Virus record (IMG/VR): IMGVR_UViG_3300033156_000141
Span: 19,092-83,091 of that record
Origin: a virus
Taxonomy: Duplodnaviria; Heunggongvirae; Uroviricota; Caudoviricetes
Length of the DNA stretch: 64,000 nt
Reading direction: 5' to 3' (one strand)
The notes beneath the pieces are model-generated. The model made no database searches and was not told where the DNA came from. It saw nothing but the letters and a program-made list of their open reading frames with translations. This document shows, piece by piece, positions 1 through 8,448 of the stretch; positions within the stretch are counted from its first letter, which is position 1; every line of letters begins with the position of its first letter. The position numbers were made by a program, and so were the translations under genes.

Positions 1-413
1 ATAAGAAAACTGGTAAGATAATTAGAGACGAATTTAATGAAATCAAACCTAAGAGAAGCTTTCTTGATTGGGTCCTAGGAAGAGAGAGTCATGCAACAGT
101 ATTAGCCAAGGGGTGGGAGAATATAGTTAGATTACTAGGAAATGTAGGAACTGGATATTATATTGATCAGATTTATTGCAACATTGGTAATACTATGTCC
201 ACTTCAAATTCTGTAGTTGTTGGTGACGATTCAGGAGCTACCTTAATAGTCAGTAATTCACAAAGCCCGTGGAGTACAGCTGGTCAGTATTTATGGGTTA
301 AAACTACAAACTCTACTTCTGGTGACGTATTTAATTCAATTAAAGTTGATGTTCAAATTAGCTCTGACCAAGAATGGTGGGTTGAAGAACAATGGATTTT
401 CAGTCAAACATAG
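1..413 (+). CDS. hypothetical protein, 5'-truncated at window edge (possible virion structural protein)
   Basis: Reading frame 0 is open from nt 3 into ORF 195..413, so the gene starts upstream of the window. Confidence 0.4.
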   Translation, partial: KKTGKIIRDEFNEIKPKRSFLDWVLGRESHATVLAKGWENIVRLLGNVGTGYYIDQIYCNIGNTMSTSNSVVVGDDSGATLIVSNSQSPWSTAGQYLWVKTTNSTSGDVFNSIKVDVQISSDQEWWVEEQWIFSQT

Positions 414-1141
414 TTGATGATAGATTAATAGTGAAATATCCAGTAAGTATAGAAGAGTCATTAGAATATAGTATCATTAGCTCGTGTTCTGGTAGGACAG
501 TAGATGCTGGTATTCCTATATTCAAAGATTCATTTACTACTTGGGGAAAGGAACAGGTAGCTAGACTAGTAAGTGCTATAGGATCTCAATATCCAATAGA
601 TGAAGTGCGAGCTAGAGTTGATGGAACTTGGGAGACAGTACCAGCTACTAGTGTAGCTGTAATAAATGGATCTTTAATGGTTCAAAGTGGTACGTTTACT
701 ACAGCTGGAACTTATGACATAGTAGCTGGTGGAAGCTCTTCATATGCTGGAGCTAATCACAATGAAATCTCTACTAGTATACCACTGACTTCTGGTCAAG
801 AACTAGTCTTTACGATTTACTATGGATTCTCTGGTTTGAATTATGGAGGAAACACAATTACAGCTGGTAGACTTGGAGCAGTTTCAGGATATTATCCAAT
901 TGACACTATTGGTGTTCAGTTCAATGGTTTTCTTACTACTAAAGATGCATTTAAAGGCATCTTTTCAAATACACTGAGACTAACTTGCACGGAGTTTACT
1001 AGCTCAGGTACATATGATTCGTTCTCAGCTATAACTTCTAGTCCAGTTGGGGAAGAGTATTATCATATATTCGATGGACATACTATAGTACTGTACGAGA
1101 ATCAAGAACTGGAACCATACTTGTACTTCGTGTATGGATAA
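392..1141 (+). CDS. hypothetical Thr/Ser/Gly-rich beta-rich protein (possible fiber/receptor-binding-like structural protein)
   Basis: 249 aa ORF; composition TTAGTYDIVAGGSSSYAGANHNE typical of fiber-like proteins; no catalytic motifs. Confidence 0.4.
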   Translation: MDFQSNIVDDRLIVKYPVSIEESLEYSIISSCSGRTVDAGIPIFKDSFTTWGKEQVARLVSAIGSQYPIDEVRARVDGTWETVPATSVAVINGSLMVQSGTFTTAGTYDIVAGGSSSYAGANHNEISTSIPLTSGQELVFTIYYGFSGLNYGGNTITAGRLGAVSGYYPIDTIGVQFNGFLTTKDAFKGIFSNTLRLTCTEFTSSGTYDSFSAITSSPVGEEYYHIFDGHTIVLYENQELEPYLYFVYG

Positions 1142-1146
1142 AGGAG

Positions 1147-1683
1147 GTATTTAGAACGGGAAGACAATGCAAAGTATGTGTATCTCCACATAGAGCTGAA
1201 ATAGAAGAGCTTAGACTCAAAAAGAAACTAAGATATATTGATATTAAACAAATTATCAAGAAGAAGTATGGTGAAGACATAGCTATTTCTTCCTTAAGTA
1301 GGCATTTTACTAAGCATGTAGAGGAATATTACAAAGCTTCTCTTCAAGCTGATAGATTCAGACTTAGATACATCAAGGAACAGATTAATGCTATTGTTAG
1401 AGCTGCCAAATCTATTAGAGAGCAAATGGAGATACTGGAACAGCAACTAAGACATGTAGTTGATCGTATGGATGATCCAGATGCTAGGAAGGAAGCTAGA
1501 GAGATAATGAGATCTACAAGAGAATTAGTAGAGCTAATGTTTAGATTTGAGGATAAGTTCAAGACTGACTCTGTTACTCAGTCTGAGATATATGAGAAGA
1601 TAATGCTCTGTATAAGAGACTTTCCTCCAGAGCTAATTAACAAGTTCATAGAAAGATGGGAAGAGGTATTCTCTGAGGGTTAG
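1147..1683 (+). CDS. putative small-terminase-like DNA-binding protein with CxxC zinc motif; start codon unresolved
   Basis: Frame open from the SD AAGGAGGT at 1141; translation ...GRQCKVCVSPHRAEIEELRLKK... Sits immediately upstream of the large terminase. No ATG/GTG/TTG in frame before 1426. Confidence 0.3.
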   Translation, partial: VFRTGRQCKVCVSPHRAEIEELRLKKKLRYIDIKQIIKKKYGEDIAISSLSRHFTKHVEEYYKASLQADRFRLRYIKEQINAIVRAAKSIREQMEILEQQLRHVVDRMDDPDARKEAREIMRSTRELVELMFRFEDKFKTDSVTQSEIYEKIMLCIRDFPPELINKFIERWEEVFSEG

Positions 1684-1688
1684 TAACT

Positions 1689-3050
1689 ATGCCTGTTCCA
1701 ATACAGCTAAAGATAATTCAATGGTACAAAGATCCTTCTTCATTTTTTAGAGACTTGTATCATCAAGAGCCATTTCCATATCAAGCTAGAGTTCTTTCGT
1801 ATCTTCCAGATCTGAATCTTAGAAGAATTCTTATACTCTCAGCTGCAGGAACTGGAAAGTCAAAGCTTTTAGCTTGTATCGCTCTTTGGCTAGCTTTAGT
1901 ATATAGTTACTATCATAGAAAGAAATACGATGTGGTTATAGTTTCTGGTTCAGCTGAGCAGTCTAGATCATTGTATGAGTATTCAGCTGTTCCTCTTAAA
2001 GAGAATGATATATTTGATGAAGTAATAGATGGTGAAGTCCTAAAGACAATTACAAGATTCAAAACAAAGTCCGTAGTAAGAGCTTTGCCATTATCTCTTA
2101 AAGCTATTCAGGGTAAGCATGTACCAGCTGTTATAATAGATGAAGCTGCACTAGTAGATGACTTTACAATAAATGATACTTATCGTATAGTTGGAGGATT
2201 CGAAGACTCTTTAATTATTCTAAGTGGAACTCCAATGGAGTATACATCAAAGTTCGTAGAGATGTGGTTGGATAAGAAGACATACCCAGATTATTTTGAT
2301 CTTTCAGAAGACAAGAGAACTCCTACTACATGGGCTAGATTTACTTGGTCAGCTATGGACTGTCCTAGATTTACAGAGGAAGAGATAGAAGAAGCTAGAA
2401 GAAATCTTACTGAGGAACAATTTAGAATATTCTGGGAAGGGATTCCATATCCAGTTACTAATACTGTGGTACCTATAGACGATATTAGAAAGTGTTCTAT
2501 TGGGATACACAAGTTTAGATATGATCCAAGTAGAAAGAATGGTAAGGTCATATTTGGTATAGACTATGGATATAGAGATTTATCTGTTATTGTAGTTGCT
2601 AACAAGATTGATGACATGTACAGAATTATTGATGTAGCTGAGTGGAATAGAACTAAGTATGAGAATATTCAGGATTGGATAGAAGCTTATGCCATGAGAT
2701 ACAGACCAGACTATGTGTTTGTAGATCTGAATCCTAAAGGGGAGTCTCAGAGAACAGTGGATAGACTACGGATGAAAGGAATAATGATTGAAGCTGTTGA
2801 CCTAGCTAAGGAGCTTGGAACACTACAAGTCAGAATGAAGACTTTGTTTGAGAAGGAGAAGATACTTGTACCAGAGGAATTTCAACCACTATTAAATGAG
2901 CTTAGACTGTATACATGGGATAAGAGAAAGGGAGATGATAGAGTAACTGCATTGATGCTTTCTCTAAGAGACATAGAGGAGAATAGACAGAGTACTGATA
3001 TCTATTACAAAGTAGCTAGAACAAGGAGAAGACCACTTGTCCTATTCTAG
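1689..3050 (+). CDS. terL: terminase large subunit (ATPase + nuclease)
   Basis: Walker A LSAAGTGKSKL, Walker B AVIIDEAALV, ILSGTP coupling motif, C-terminal RNaseH-like nuclease region with FVDLN; 453 aa. Confidence 0.8.
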   Translation: MPVPIQLKIIQWYKDPSSFFRDLYHQEPFPYQARVLSYLPDLNLRRILILSAAGTGKSKLLACIALWLALVYSYYHRKKYDVVIVSGSAEQSRSLYEYSAVPLKENDIFDEVIDGEVLKTITRFKTKSVVRALPLSLKAIQGKHVPAVIIDEAALVDDFTINDTYRIVGGFEDSLIILSGTPMEYTSKFVEMWLDKKTYPDYFDLSEDKRTPTTWARFTWSAMDCPRFTEEEIEEARRNLTEEQFRIFWEGIPYPVTNTVVPIDDIRKCSIGIHKFRYDPSRKNGKVIFGIDYGYRDLSVIVVANKIDDMYRIIDVAEWNRTKYENIQDWIEAYAMRYRPDYVFVDLNPKGESQRTVDRLRMKGIMIEAVDLAKELGTLQVRMKTLFEKEKILVPEEFQPLLNELRLYTWDKRKGDDRVTALMLSLRDIEENRQSTDIYYKVARTRRRPLVLF

Positions 3051-3056
3051 AGATGA

Positions 3057-3069
3057 GATAGTTACTATC
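3057..3069. repeat. GATAGTTACTATC palindrome copy
   Basis: Perfect 13-bp palindrome directly after the terminase stop. Confidence 0.8.
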
Positions 3070-3341
3070 TTAGAGAGGACTCTGAGAATTCTTATGAGAA
3101 AGCTTAGTAAATCAGATTCGTTTATTTTTTATTTCAATAGGTACTGCTCATGATATAGTGTTTCTATTGTCTAAATTAAAGAGACTTCTAGAAGATAGTA
3201 ACTAACTCGGAATATCATTTGTACATATTACTTATACATTTTAAGTCCAGGTATCTATTTCTCTTCTCTTCTCTTCCTTTTCTTATTCGTTTATTTCTCA
3301 ATACGCTTATATAATTCTATTGCATAAAAAAAAGAATTGGT

Positions 3342-4106
3342 TTATAGCTGTTGAGCTTCGGCTAATCGGCATATTTCAGTTATCATTTCTTCCTTATTGA
3401 TTATCTCAATGTGTTCATTACGTTCTATTGTTTCAACATAGATCCTTAAGAGATGTCTTTTAGCTTCATCGTTCATCTTTGAGTATGCAACTGTTTTAAA
3501 TTTCCAAAATTTAGCATAGATGTTTGTCTTGAATCCATGATGCTTTTCAACCATATTTTCAATTGGATGCCATTTTTCAGTATTACAAAATGTTATCTCT
3601 GATCTCTCGGGAAGCTTTGGGTTAAATTGTGTATCAACTAAACAAATCGGATTTGCTGGCATAAATTTTTTTAGATGTATCATAGCTGTTAGGATTGAAG
3701 CTTTTGTTTGATCCTTGATATAATAAAGATATAGTTTTTTGTCTACCTTTAAGCTCACAAAATATCGTTTAACTGATCTCTTATGTTTGCCCCTTTGAGA
3801 TCTAAAGCTTATCTCTGTGATGTCCATATAGCAATTAGCTTTAGTCGCTAAATGTGTATTGATTCTTTCAACTTTTTTCTTGTGTTCTCTACAGAAGTCT
3901 TTATATTGTTTGTGTATGTTCTTATCTCTTAAGCCTAGTCGCTTTGCATGTCTGTATATCGTTGAGGGGTCAAATTTTAATCCATAGAGTTTTTTAATTT
4001 CTCTTGCTATTTCTCTATAGCTCATTCCATTTTCTTCTAACCAAATTCTCATCTGTTCCTTACTTATGTGTATTTCTCTCGGTCTTGCCATTTTACGTTT
4101 CACCAT
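3342..4106 (-). CDS. HTH-domain mobile nuclease-like ORF (homing-endonuclease-like or transposase-like)
   Basis: Only convincing minus-strand gene. N-terminal HTH (MSYREIAREIKKLYGLKFDPSTIYRHAKRLGLRDK) is paralogous to the HTH of ORFs 29187..29870 and 31119..31652. Flanked by 12-bp inverted repeats TCTATTGCATAA (~3317) and TTATGCAATAGA (~4221). Confidence 0.4.
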   Translation of the reverse strand: MVKRKMARPREIHISKEQMRIWLEENGMSYREIAREIKKLYGLKFDPSTIYRHAKRLGLRDKNIHKQYKDFCREHKKKVERINTHLATKANCYMDITEISFRSQRGKHKRSVKRYFVSLKVDKKLYLYYIKDQTKASILTAMIHLKKFMPANPICLVDTQFNPKLPERSEITFCNTEKWHPIENMVEKHHGFKTNIYAKFWKFKTVAYSKMNDEAKRHLLRIYVETIERNEHIEIINKEEMITEICRLAEAQQL

Positions 4107-4240
4107 TTCGTTTTTGCTTATCCATAGATCATAAGGTATATTTAAGACTTTGGGTATTATCGGAATAAAATCTTAAGCTGATTATGTATTTTTCAACATA
4201 ATTATATAAGCATATTGAATTATGCAATAGACTTAATAAA

Positions 4241-4269
4241 GCTGTTGCATAACCCTAAAACTTATAAAG
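4241..4269 (+). promoter_or_regulatory. promoter repeat copy 1 (partial operator + TATA box CTTATAAAG)
   Basis: Matches TGTTGCATAACCC-N-CTTATAAA consensus shared by 9 intergenic copies; ~30 nt upstream of the gene start. Confidence 0.55.
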
Positions 4270-4299
4270 AGACTTGTCTAGTTGAGAATTGTGATTAAA

Positions 4300-4596
4300 A
4301 TGTTGAGTAGAAAATACTATAAGGCTATAGCTGGGATATTAAGGGTTTCATCTAATAAAAAGGAAATAGTAAAGCGACTATGTAGATACTTTGAGCTAGA
4401 TAATCCTAGATTTGATAAAAACAAATTCCTAGAAGAAGTCTATGGATACAAGACTCCTGATTACTGTGCAGAGAATGACTGTAGCTACTATTTTGAATTT
4501 GGAGAATGTAGATGCTTTGCTCCATGTGAAAAATGTGGAAGAACTACTCTTCACATTAATACTAAGTGCTCTATCTGTGGAACTCCATTGAAGTAA
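4300..4596 (+). CDS. small protein with C-terminal zinc ribbon (CEKCGRT...CSICGT)
   Basis: ORF 4282..4596; first ATG at 4300. Confidence 0.5.
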   Translation: MLSRKYYKAIAGILRVSSNKKEIVKRLCRYFELDNPRFDKNKFLEEVYGYKTPDYCAENDCSYYFEFGECRCFAPCEKCGRTTLHINTKCSICGTPLK

Positions 4597-4644
4597 TTGC
4601 AACAACCTTACTAAGTATGTTGCAAAACCCTTAAGCTTATATAG
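4596..4644 (+). promoter_or_regulatory. promoter repeat copy 2: palindromic operator TTGCAACA-N13-TGTTGCAA + BRE/TATA (CTTATATAG)
   Basis: ATTGCAACAACCTTACTAAGTATGTTGCAAAACCCTTAAGCTTATATAG; gene start 4675. Confidence 0.65.
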
Positions 4645-4674
4645 TGATATACTAACCTAGATTTGGTGATTTAG

Positions 4675-4974
4675 ATGATAACAAGTATCAATCTGTTCAA
4701 ACCTATAGCTACTAAAATAATCAATGAGCTTACACAAGATGCCTATTGGAGATTTACCAAGCTGACAGATAATGATATGACAATGAGATACAACTTCTAT
4801 GATGAGTATGGATTCGAATATAATAGAGATGTCTACATAAGAGCTTCTAAAGACAACAGAAAGCTGATTGTCTATGTAAACAAGAAAGACTTTCCAGCTT
4901 TTGCTAGAAACGAGTATTTAGATGAAGACATTATTAATCTATTTGAGAGCTATCTAGTCGGTTACATCGAATAA
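4675..4974 (+). CDS. hypothetical protein (99 aa)
   Basis: ORF preceded by promoter repeat 2. Confidence 0.5.
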   Translation: MITSINLFKPIATKIINELTQDAYWRFTKLTDNDMTMRYNFYDEYGFEYNRDVYIRASKDNRKLIVYVNKKDFPAFARNEYLDEDIINLFESYLVGYIE

Positions 4975-5022
4975 TGCAACATGCTTATTAAGACTGTTGC
5001 AAAACCCCAAATCTTATAAACC
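4975..5022 (+). promoter_or_regulatory. promoter repeat copy 3
   Basis: TGCAACATGCTTATTAAGACTGTTGCAAAACCCCAAATCTTATAAACC. Confidence 0.65.
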
Positions 5023-5053
5023 TAAATAGTAACTATGATTTGGTGACATCGAA

Positions 5054-5329
5054 ATGATAACAAGAGAATGGTATAGAATAGACGAAATATGTTGTAACAG
5101 CTATTGGGTAACTCATCCTTCAGTTTATTACAAAGATGAATACATCAGAGCTAGCATTGGAATTTATGGAGATCAGGATTTAATCAATAAGAAAATGGAT
5201 AAGATAAAGAAGAAGATGAAAAGCTTAGGGTATGAATATTTCAAGTCCACTAAGCTAAAACCAACTGCATTAGGTAATGAAGTCTTTAGAATAACCTTGT
5301 TCTTTAGAAAACCAAGAGGTAACAAGTAG
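5054..5329 (+). CDS. hypothetical protein (91 aa)
   Basis: ORF preceded by promoter repeat 3. Confidence 0.5.
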   Translation: MITREWYRIDEICCNSYWVTHPSVYYKDEYIRASIGIYGDQDLINKKMDKIKKKMKSLGYEYFKSTKLKPTALGNEVFRITLFFRKPRGNK

Positions 5330-5334
5330 TGAAG

Positions 5335-5484
5335 ATGACTTTAGAAGAGATCTATCAAAGAACAAAAGATACGACTGATAAGGAGAAGGTTGAATATTTC
5401 TTTCAATACTTTCCAGAGAACCAAGCTAGAGCTTTAGTTGCTATGCTTATCATTCAACCGACTATTAGACGTAATCGTCAATAA
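5335..5484 (+). CDS. hypothetical small protein (49 aa)
   Basis: ATG ORF MTLEEIYQRTKDTTDKEKVEYFFQYF... not in the supplied track because of its length; fills the gap before promoter repeat 4. Confidence 0.3.
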   Translation: MTLEEIYQRTKDTTDKEKVEYFFQYFPENQARALVAMLIIQPTIRRNRQ

Positions 5485-5531
5485 TCCAACATCCTTATTA
5501 AGATTGTTGCATAACCCTTAAGCTTATATAG
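5485..5531 (+). promoter_or_regulatory. promoter repeat copy 4
   Basis: TCCAACATCCTTATTAAGATTGTTGCATAACCCTTAAGCTTATATAG. Confidence 0.65.
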
Positions 5532-5557
5532 ATGTAGCTTAGTAATTAAAGGTCAAG

Positions 5558-6133
5558 GTGATGTGGATGAGAGTAATAGAGTTAGATGATAATACAATCT
5601 ACATGGACGATGAATCCTTCAAATGCCAAATCGAAGAAGATAAGGACATCTATCTAGGATTGATATGTGAAGCTATTGATTTTAGAGAGATAGACAGTAG
5701 ATTCGATGATGATCCATATCCCGTAGTTGTGGAGACTCAAATCGTAGTAGCTCCAAGATCTCTAGATAGTAACTATCTTGAAAGAGCTAATGAAGGAGTA
5801 GATCTTGAGCTAAACAATGATGAAATTAAAGTCTATGTGTCCTACCGTTATTCTGGAGGAGTTCCTGTAAACATGGAATCTATCAAGGGATCTGTAACTT
5901 GTGATGTAGATTCTGAAGTTAGAACACAAAAGCATAGACTCTATGGAGAGATTAAGGTTAGACACTTCAGAACAGTAGCTGATGCTCTCAAGTATGCTAA
6001 AACAGTCTATAAACACAATGCTCAAGCTGTATTTGGTTTAGTAGGATTCTATCTTGATAGAACATTAAACCTAATAGGGACTACAGGATGGGACATAATA
6101 AATCTACAAGCTAATAATGTCGATTATATGTAG
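5558..6133 (+). CDS. hypothetical protein (191 aa)
   Basis: ORF preceded by promoter repeat 4; followed by a T10 run. Confidence 0.5.
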   Translation: MMWMRVIELDDNTIYMDDESFKCQIEEDKDIYLGLICEAIDFREIDSRFDDDPYPVVVETQIVVAPRSLDSNYLERANEGVDLELNNDEIKVYVSYRYSGGVPVNMESIKGSVTCDVDSEVRTQKHRLYGEIKVRHFRTVADALKYAKTVYKHNAQAVFGLVGFYLDRTLNLIGTTGWDIINLQANNVDYM

Positions 6134-6151
6134 TCTTTTTTTTTTCCTATT

Positions 6152-6198
6152 TTACAACAAGCTTATTAAGTATGTTGCATAACCCCAAGCTTTATAAG
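6152..6198 (+). promoter_or_regulatory. promoter repeat copy 5
   Basis: TTACAACAAGCTTATTAAGTATGTTGCATAACCCCAAGCTTTATAAG directly after an oligo-T terminator. Confidence 0.65.
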
Positions 6199-6230
6199 TC
6201 TAGTTACTAACTATGGTTCGGTGAAATCGG

Positions 6231-6674
6231 ATGTTTGGACTACTTGAAATGTTGGGATTAGCTAGTCAAGTAAAAACAGAGAATATCAAGAAATTCTATT
6301 TTAAGGGACTAGAAGCTACAATAACAGAGTCTAGTGATCCCTCAAAGACCGTTGAGATAGTAATAAGGAAAGAATGGAAATACACAGGATTTGAAAACAT
6401 GGAAGAAGCTCTAGAGTTTGCTGGGGAAAAGACAGCTGAACTTAGCTCTCTTAATGAGCTAAAGCCTATACTAGAGAAAGTCTCTGATCTACTGAGAGAA
6501 TACAACATCAGCTTTGATGAGTTTCTAAAGATAGCTAAGGAAGCTCTTGATGAGAAGATAGAGAGACCTAATCTTCCATTACCACCAAATTTTTTATGGA
6601 CATCAGAACCAGAGAACGAACAAGATATATCGTCTAGTGAAGCTTCTGAACATGAGGATTCAGAAGCTTCCTAG
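6231..6674 (+). CDS. hypothetical protein with acidic/Ser-rich C-terminus (147 aa)
   Basis: ORF preceded by promoter repeat 5. Confidence 0.5.
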   Translation: MFGLLEMLGLASQVKTENIKKFYFKGLEATITESSDPSKTVEIVIRKEWKYTGFENMEEALEFAGEKTAELSSLNELKPILEKVSDLLREYNISFDEFLKIAKEALDEKIERPNLPLPPNFLWTSEPENEQDISSSEASEHEDSEAS

Positions 6675-6691
6675 TTTTTTATGTTTGTATT

Positions 6692-6740
6692 TTACAACAC
6701 TCTTACTAAGCTTGTTGCATAACCACAAGTCTTATAAATA
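6692..6740 (+). promoter_or_regulatory. promoter repeat copy 6
   Basis: TTTACAACACTCTTACTAAGCTTGTTGCATAACCACAAGTCTTATAAATAG. Confidence 0.65.
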
Positions 6741-6753
6741 GATAGTAACTATC
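6741..6753. repeat. GATAGTAACTATC palindrome copy
   Basis: Perfect palindrome between promoter repeat 6 and gene start 6776. Confidence 0.8.
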
Positions 6754-6775
6754 TTTGTTCAACGGTGACTAAAAA

Positions 6776-7126
6776 ATGACTCGTAAGGATCTTCCAAGAA
6801 TCTATTATCGTGATTTTGAGATACATCTATTTCAAGACAAGGAAGAAGATAAAACAACCTATGGAGCTAAGATACACTATTATATATGGACAAGTAGAAA
6901 TGAATCCAAAGGAGAAGTAGTAGCTGAAGCTATCGATACAGTTGATGAGCTAGCTCAAGCAATAGAGAACAAGTATGTTCTAGCAAAGATAGCTAAAGTT
7001 CTTGAAGAACATGACATGGATTTACACGACTTTCTATGGAACATTAAAGCACAAGTAGAATTTGCTGGAGCTATACACATAAATCTGAAGAAAGAATCAG
7101 AGCCTGATAGCTCTGATTCTTCTTGA
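6776..7126 (+). CDS. hypothetical protein with acidic Ser/Asp C-terminal tail (116 aa)
   Basis: ORF preceded by promoter repeat 6. Confidence 0.5.
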   Translation: MTRKDLPRIYYRDFEIHLFQDKEEDKTTYGAKIHYYIWTSRNESKGEVVAEAIDTVDELAQAIENKYVLAKIAKVLEEHDMDLHDFLWNIKAQVEFAGAIHINLKKESEPDSSDSS

Positions 7127-7134
7127 TTTTTTTT

Positions 7135-7182
7135 TACAACAAGCTTATTGAGCTTGTTGCAAAATCCAAAGTCTTAAATACT
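7135..7182 (+). promoter_or_regulatory. promoter repeat copy 7
   Basis: TTACAACAAGCTTATTGAGCTTGTTGCAAAATCCAAAGTCTTAAATAC after a T-run. Confidence 0.6.
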
Positions 7183-7185
7183 AAA

Positions 7186-7198
7186 GATAGTAACTATC
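7186..7198. repeat. GATAGTAACTATC palindrome copy
   Basis: Perfect palindrome between promoter repeat 7 and gene 7215. Confidence 0.8.
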
Positions 7199-7214
7199 TT
7201 TCGGTGAAATCGAA

Positions 7215-7625
7215 ATGGTGAAACTAGTAATAGAGTTAGACGATAGCTATAACGGAGATCCAAGCTTCTTTCAGGGACATGGACATGTCTTTGAGAAGGA
7301 AAACTGTGTAGCTTGCTTAGCTGTTGGTTTCTCAATAGACTATCGGGAAACTGTATCAGATATAATCGAAGGTATCAGGGAAGAGCTACCAAATACGGAT
7401 TATGAACCTATAAACGAAGAGCTGTTCAAGAAATATGAAGATGAGATAAGAAATCTATCTGATGAGGATTTTATCAGAGCTTTTAAAGATGCTCTAGAAC
7501 CAAATACAAAGCTAGAGGATAAATTCTTCAGGGATGACTTTGAGATAGACGAAGATATAGACGATGAAATCTATGATCCACCTATGCTATTACTATACTT
7601 CCACATCTATGTAGAGGAAGAATAG
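7215..7625 (+). CDS. hypothetical highly acidic protein (136 aa)
   Basis: ORF preceded by promoter repeat 7. Confidence 0.5.
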   Translation: MVKLVIELDDSYNGDPSFFQGHGHVFEKENCVACLAVGFSIDYRETVSDIIEGIREELPNTDYEPINEELFKKYEDEIRNLSDEDFIRAFKDALEPNTKLEDKFFRDDFEIDEDIDDEIYDPPMLLLYFHIYVEEE

Positions 7626-7647
7626 CTACTATCTTTTTTTTTATTTT

Positions 7648-7694
7648 TCAACAAGCTTACTAAGATTGTTGCATAACCTTAAAGCTTATAAATA
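7648..7694 (+). promoter_or_regulatory. promoter repeat copy 8
   Basis: TTCAACAAGCTTACTAAGATTGTTGCATAACCTTAAAGCTTATAAATAC after a T-run. Confidence 0.65.
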
Positions 7695-7726
7695 CTTTAG
7701 TTGCTATCTCTTTCAAACATTAGGAG

Positions 7727-7966
7727 ATGATAGAATTGGATAAGAGAAAATTTGTAAGTCCATTAAGGATTTCAGATGGAGACTATCTTATTGAAATAGC
7801 TGACGTTAGTGAAAAAGCTGATGAAAAGAAGTATGCCATAGCTATTTGGGAGTTTAGAGTCTATGGAGATGGATTCAAGAGTATCAATGAAGCTCTTAAC
7901 AATGCCTTAGCTACTGTTGAAAAGTTAAGGTTTCAGGAGGAGCTGAACTTTGGAACAACGGACTAA
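7727..7966 (+). CDS. hypothetical protein (79 aa)
   Basis: ORF preceded by promoter repeat 8. Confidence 0.5.
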   Translation: MIELDKRKFVSPLRISDGDYLIEIADVSEKADEKKYAIAIWEFRVYGDGFKSINEALNNALATVEKLRFQEELNFGTTD

Positions 7967-8105
7967 ACCACTAAAATGGAAAAGATGTAGCAATCCTAAC
8001 TGTAGAGCTAGGAATGAAGCTGAATTGACAAGAGATGACTATTGCTCTCTTTGTGGTTCAGAACTTGTTGAAGTGAAGAGCTATCAATTCATAGACTACA
8101 GATAG
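7950..8105 (+). CDS. small zinc-ribbon protein (TTG start)
   Basis: SD AGGAGG 8 nt upstream of TTG; translation LEQRTKPLKWKRCSNPNCRARNEAELTRDDYCSLCGSELVEV...; overlaps the end of 7727..7966 in the +1 frame. Confidence 0.35.
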   Translation: MEQRTKPLKWKRCSNPNCRARNEAELTRDDYCSLCGSELVEVKSYQFIDYR

Positions 8106-8113
8106 TTACTATC
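8101..8113. repeat. GATAGTTACTATC palindrome copy followed by T9
   Basis: Perfect palindrome + oligo-T, terminator-like. Confidence 0.8.
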
Positions 8114-8127
8114 TTTTTTTTTAAGAT

Positions 8128-8176
8128 ATTGCAACAAGCTTATTAAGGTTGTTTCATAATCCAAAGTTTTATAAAT
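8128..8176 (+). promoter_or_regulatory. promoter repeat copy 9
   Basis: ATTGCAACAAGCTTATTAAGGTTGTTTCATAATCCAAAGTTTTATAAATC. Confidence 0.6.
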
Positions 8177-8217
8177 CCCAAATCCTTAATCATAGAACAC
8201 CAAAGGAGAGAACAGAT

Positions 8218-8448
8218 ATGAGCTTAAGCGTAGACGCCATTAAAGAAGAGATCCATAGAATCTATTTAGACATCCAATATCTCAAGAATAACAGAATAAG
8301 TAAAGAAATGATAAGGAGACACTCAAGACTCAAGACATCTAAAGAGTTTAAAGCTATGGTCAAAGATCAGAAGTCTCTAGAGAATAACGCCTTTAAAATC
8401 TGGAGAGAACGTATAAGAGCTTTGAAATCTCTACTCAAACACTCCTAA
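8218..8448 (+). CDS. hypothetical basic helical protein (76 aa)
   Basis: First ATG with SD AAAGGAGAG. The track start at 8149 is a TTG inside the promoter repeat and is unlikely to be real. Confidence 0.45.
   Translation: MSLSVDAIKEEIHRIYLDIQYLKNNRISKEMIRRHSRLKTSKEFKAMVKDQKSLENNAFKIWRERIRALKSLLKHS

Noticed and set aside
1083-1280. Minus-strand ORFs from the six-frame track (e.g. 1083..1280, 1344..1562, 2291..2551, 5810..6025, 6296..6508, 8683..9027, 10123..10344, 10489..10746, 13165..13347, 13811..14014, 14817..15062, 15833..16054, 16548..16895, 18870..19109, 21148..21354, 24522..24815, 26362..26679, 27494..27703, 28537..28758, 29050..29262, 30777..31004, 31245..31427, 32301..32510, 35341..35532, 37912..38106, 47022..47303, 48317..48499, 53310..53519, 53562..53810, 54186..54440, 54543..54758, 54960..55193, 57746..58096, 58473..58958, 61807..62007)
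   Set aside because: All lie antisense inside well-supported plus-strand genes. Their translations are Ser/Leu/Ile-rich low-complexity sequence typical of the reverse strand of purine-rich coding DNA, and they lack SD or promoter context. The genome is otherwise strictly unidirectional.
3313-4233. Reading of the minus-strand ORF 3342..4106 as an IS-element transposase (12-bp terminal inverted repeats TCTATTGCATAA / TTATGCAATAGA)
   Set aside because: No DDE/HUH catalytic signature could be recognised by eye. The N-terminal HTH is shared with two homing-endonuclease-like ORFs in the same genome, and the inverted repeats are short and partly resemble the TTGCATAA promoter element. It is kept as a mobile nuclease-like ORF with low confidence rather than called an IS.
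4241-8176. Bacterial sigma70 interpretation of the repeated promoters (TTGCAT as -35, TATAAG as -10)
   Set aside because: Spacer between the two elements is only ~12 nt (sigma70 needs 16-18). The AT-rich 8-bp box with an upstream purine-rich element ~45 nt before the ATG fits archaeal BRE/TATA geometry, which is consistent with the RadA/Hef/PolB/AEP gene content.
8149-8217. Track start (TTG at 8149) for the ORF ending at 8448
   Set aside because: That start lies inside promoter repeat copy 9, upstream of its TATA box. The first ATG at 8218 has a proper SD and matches the spacing seen in the other eight cassettes.
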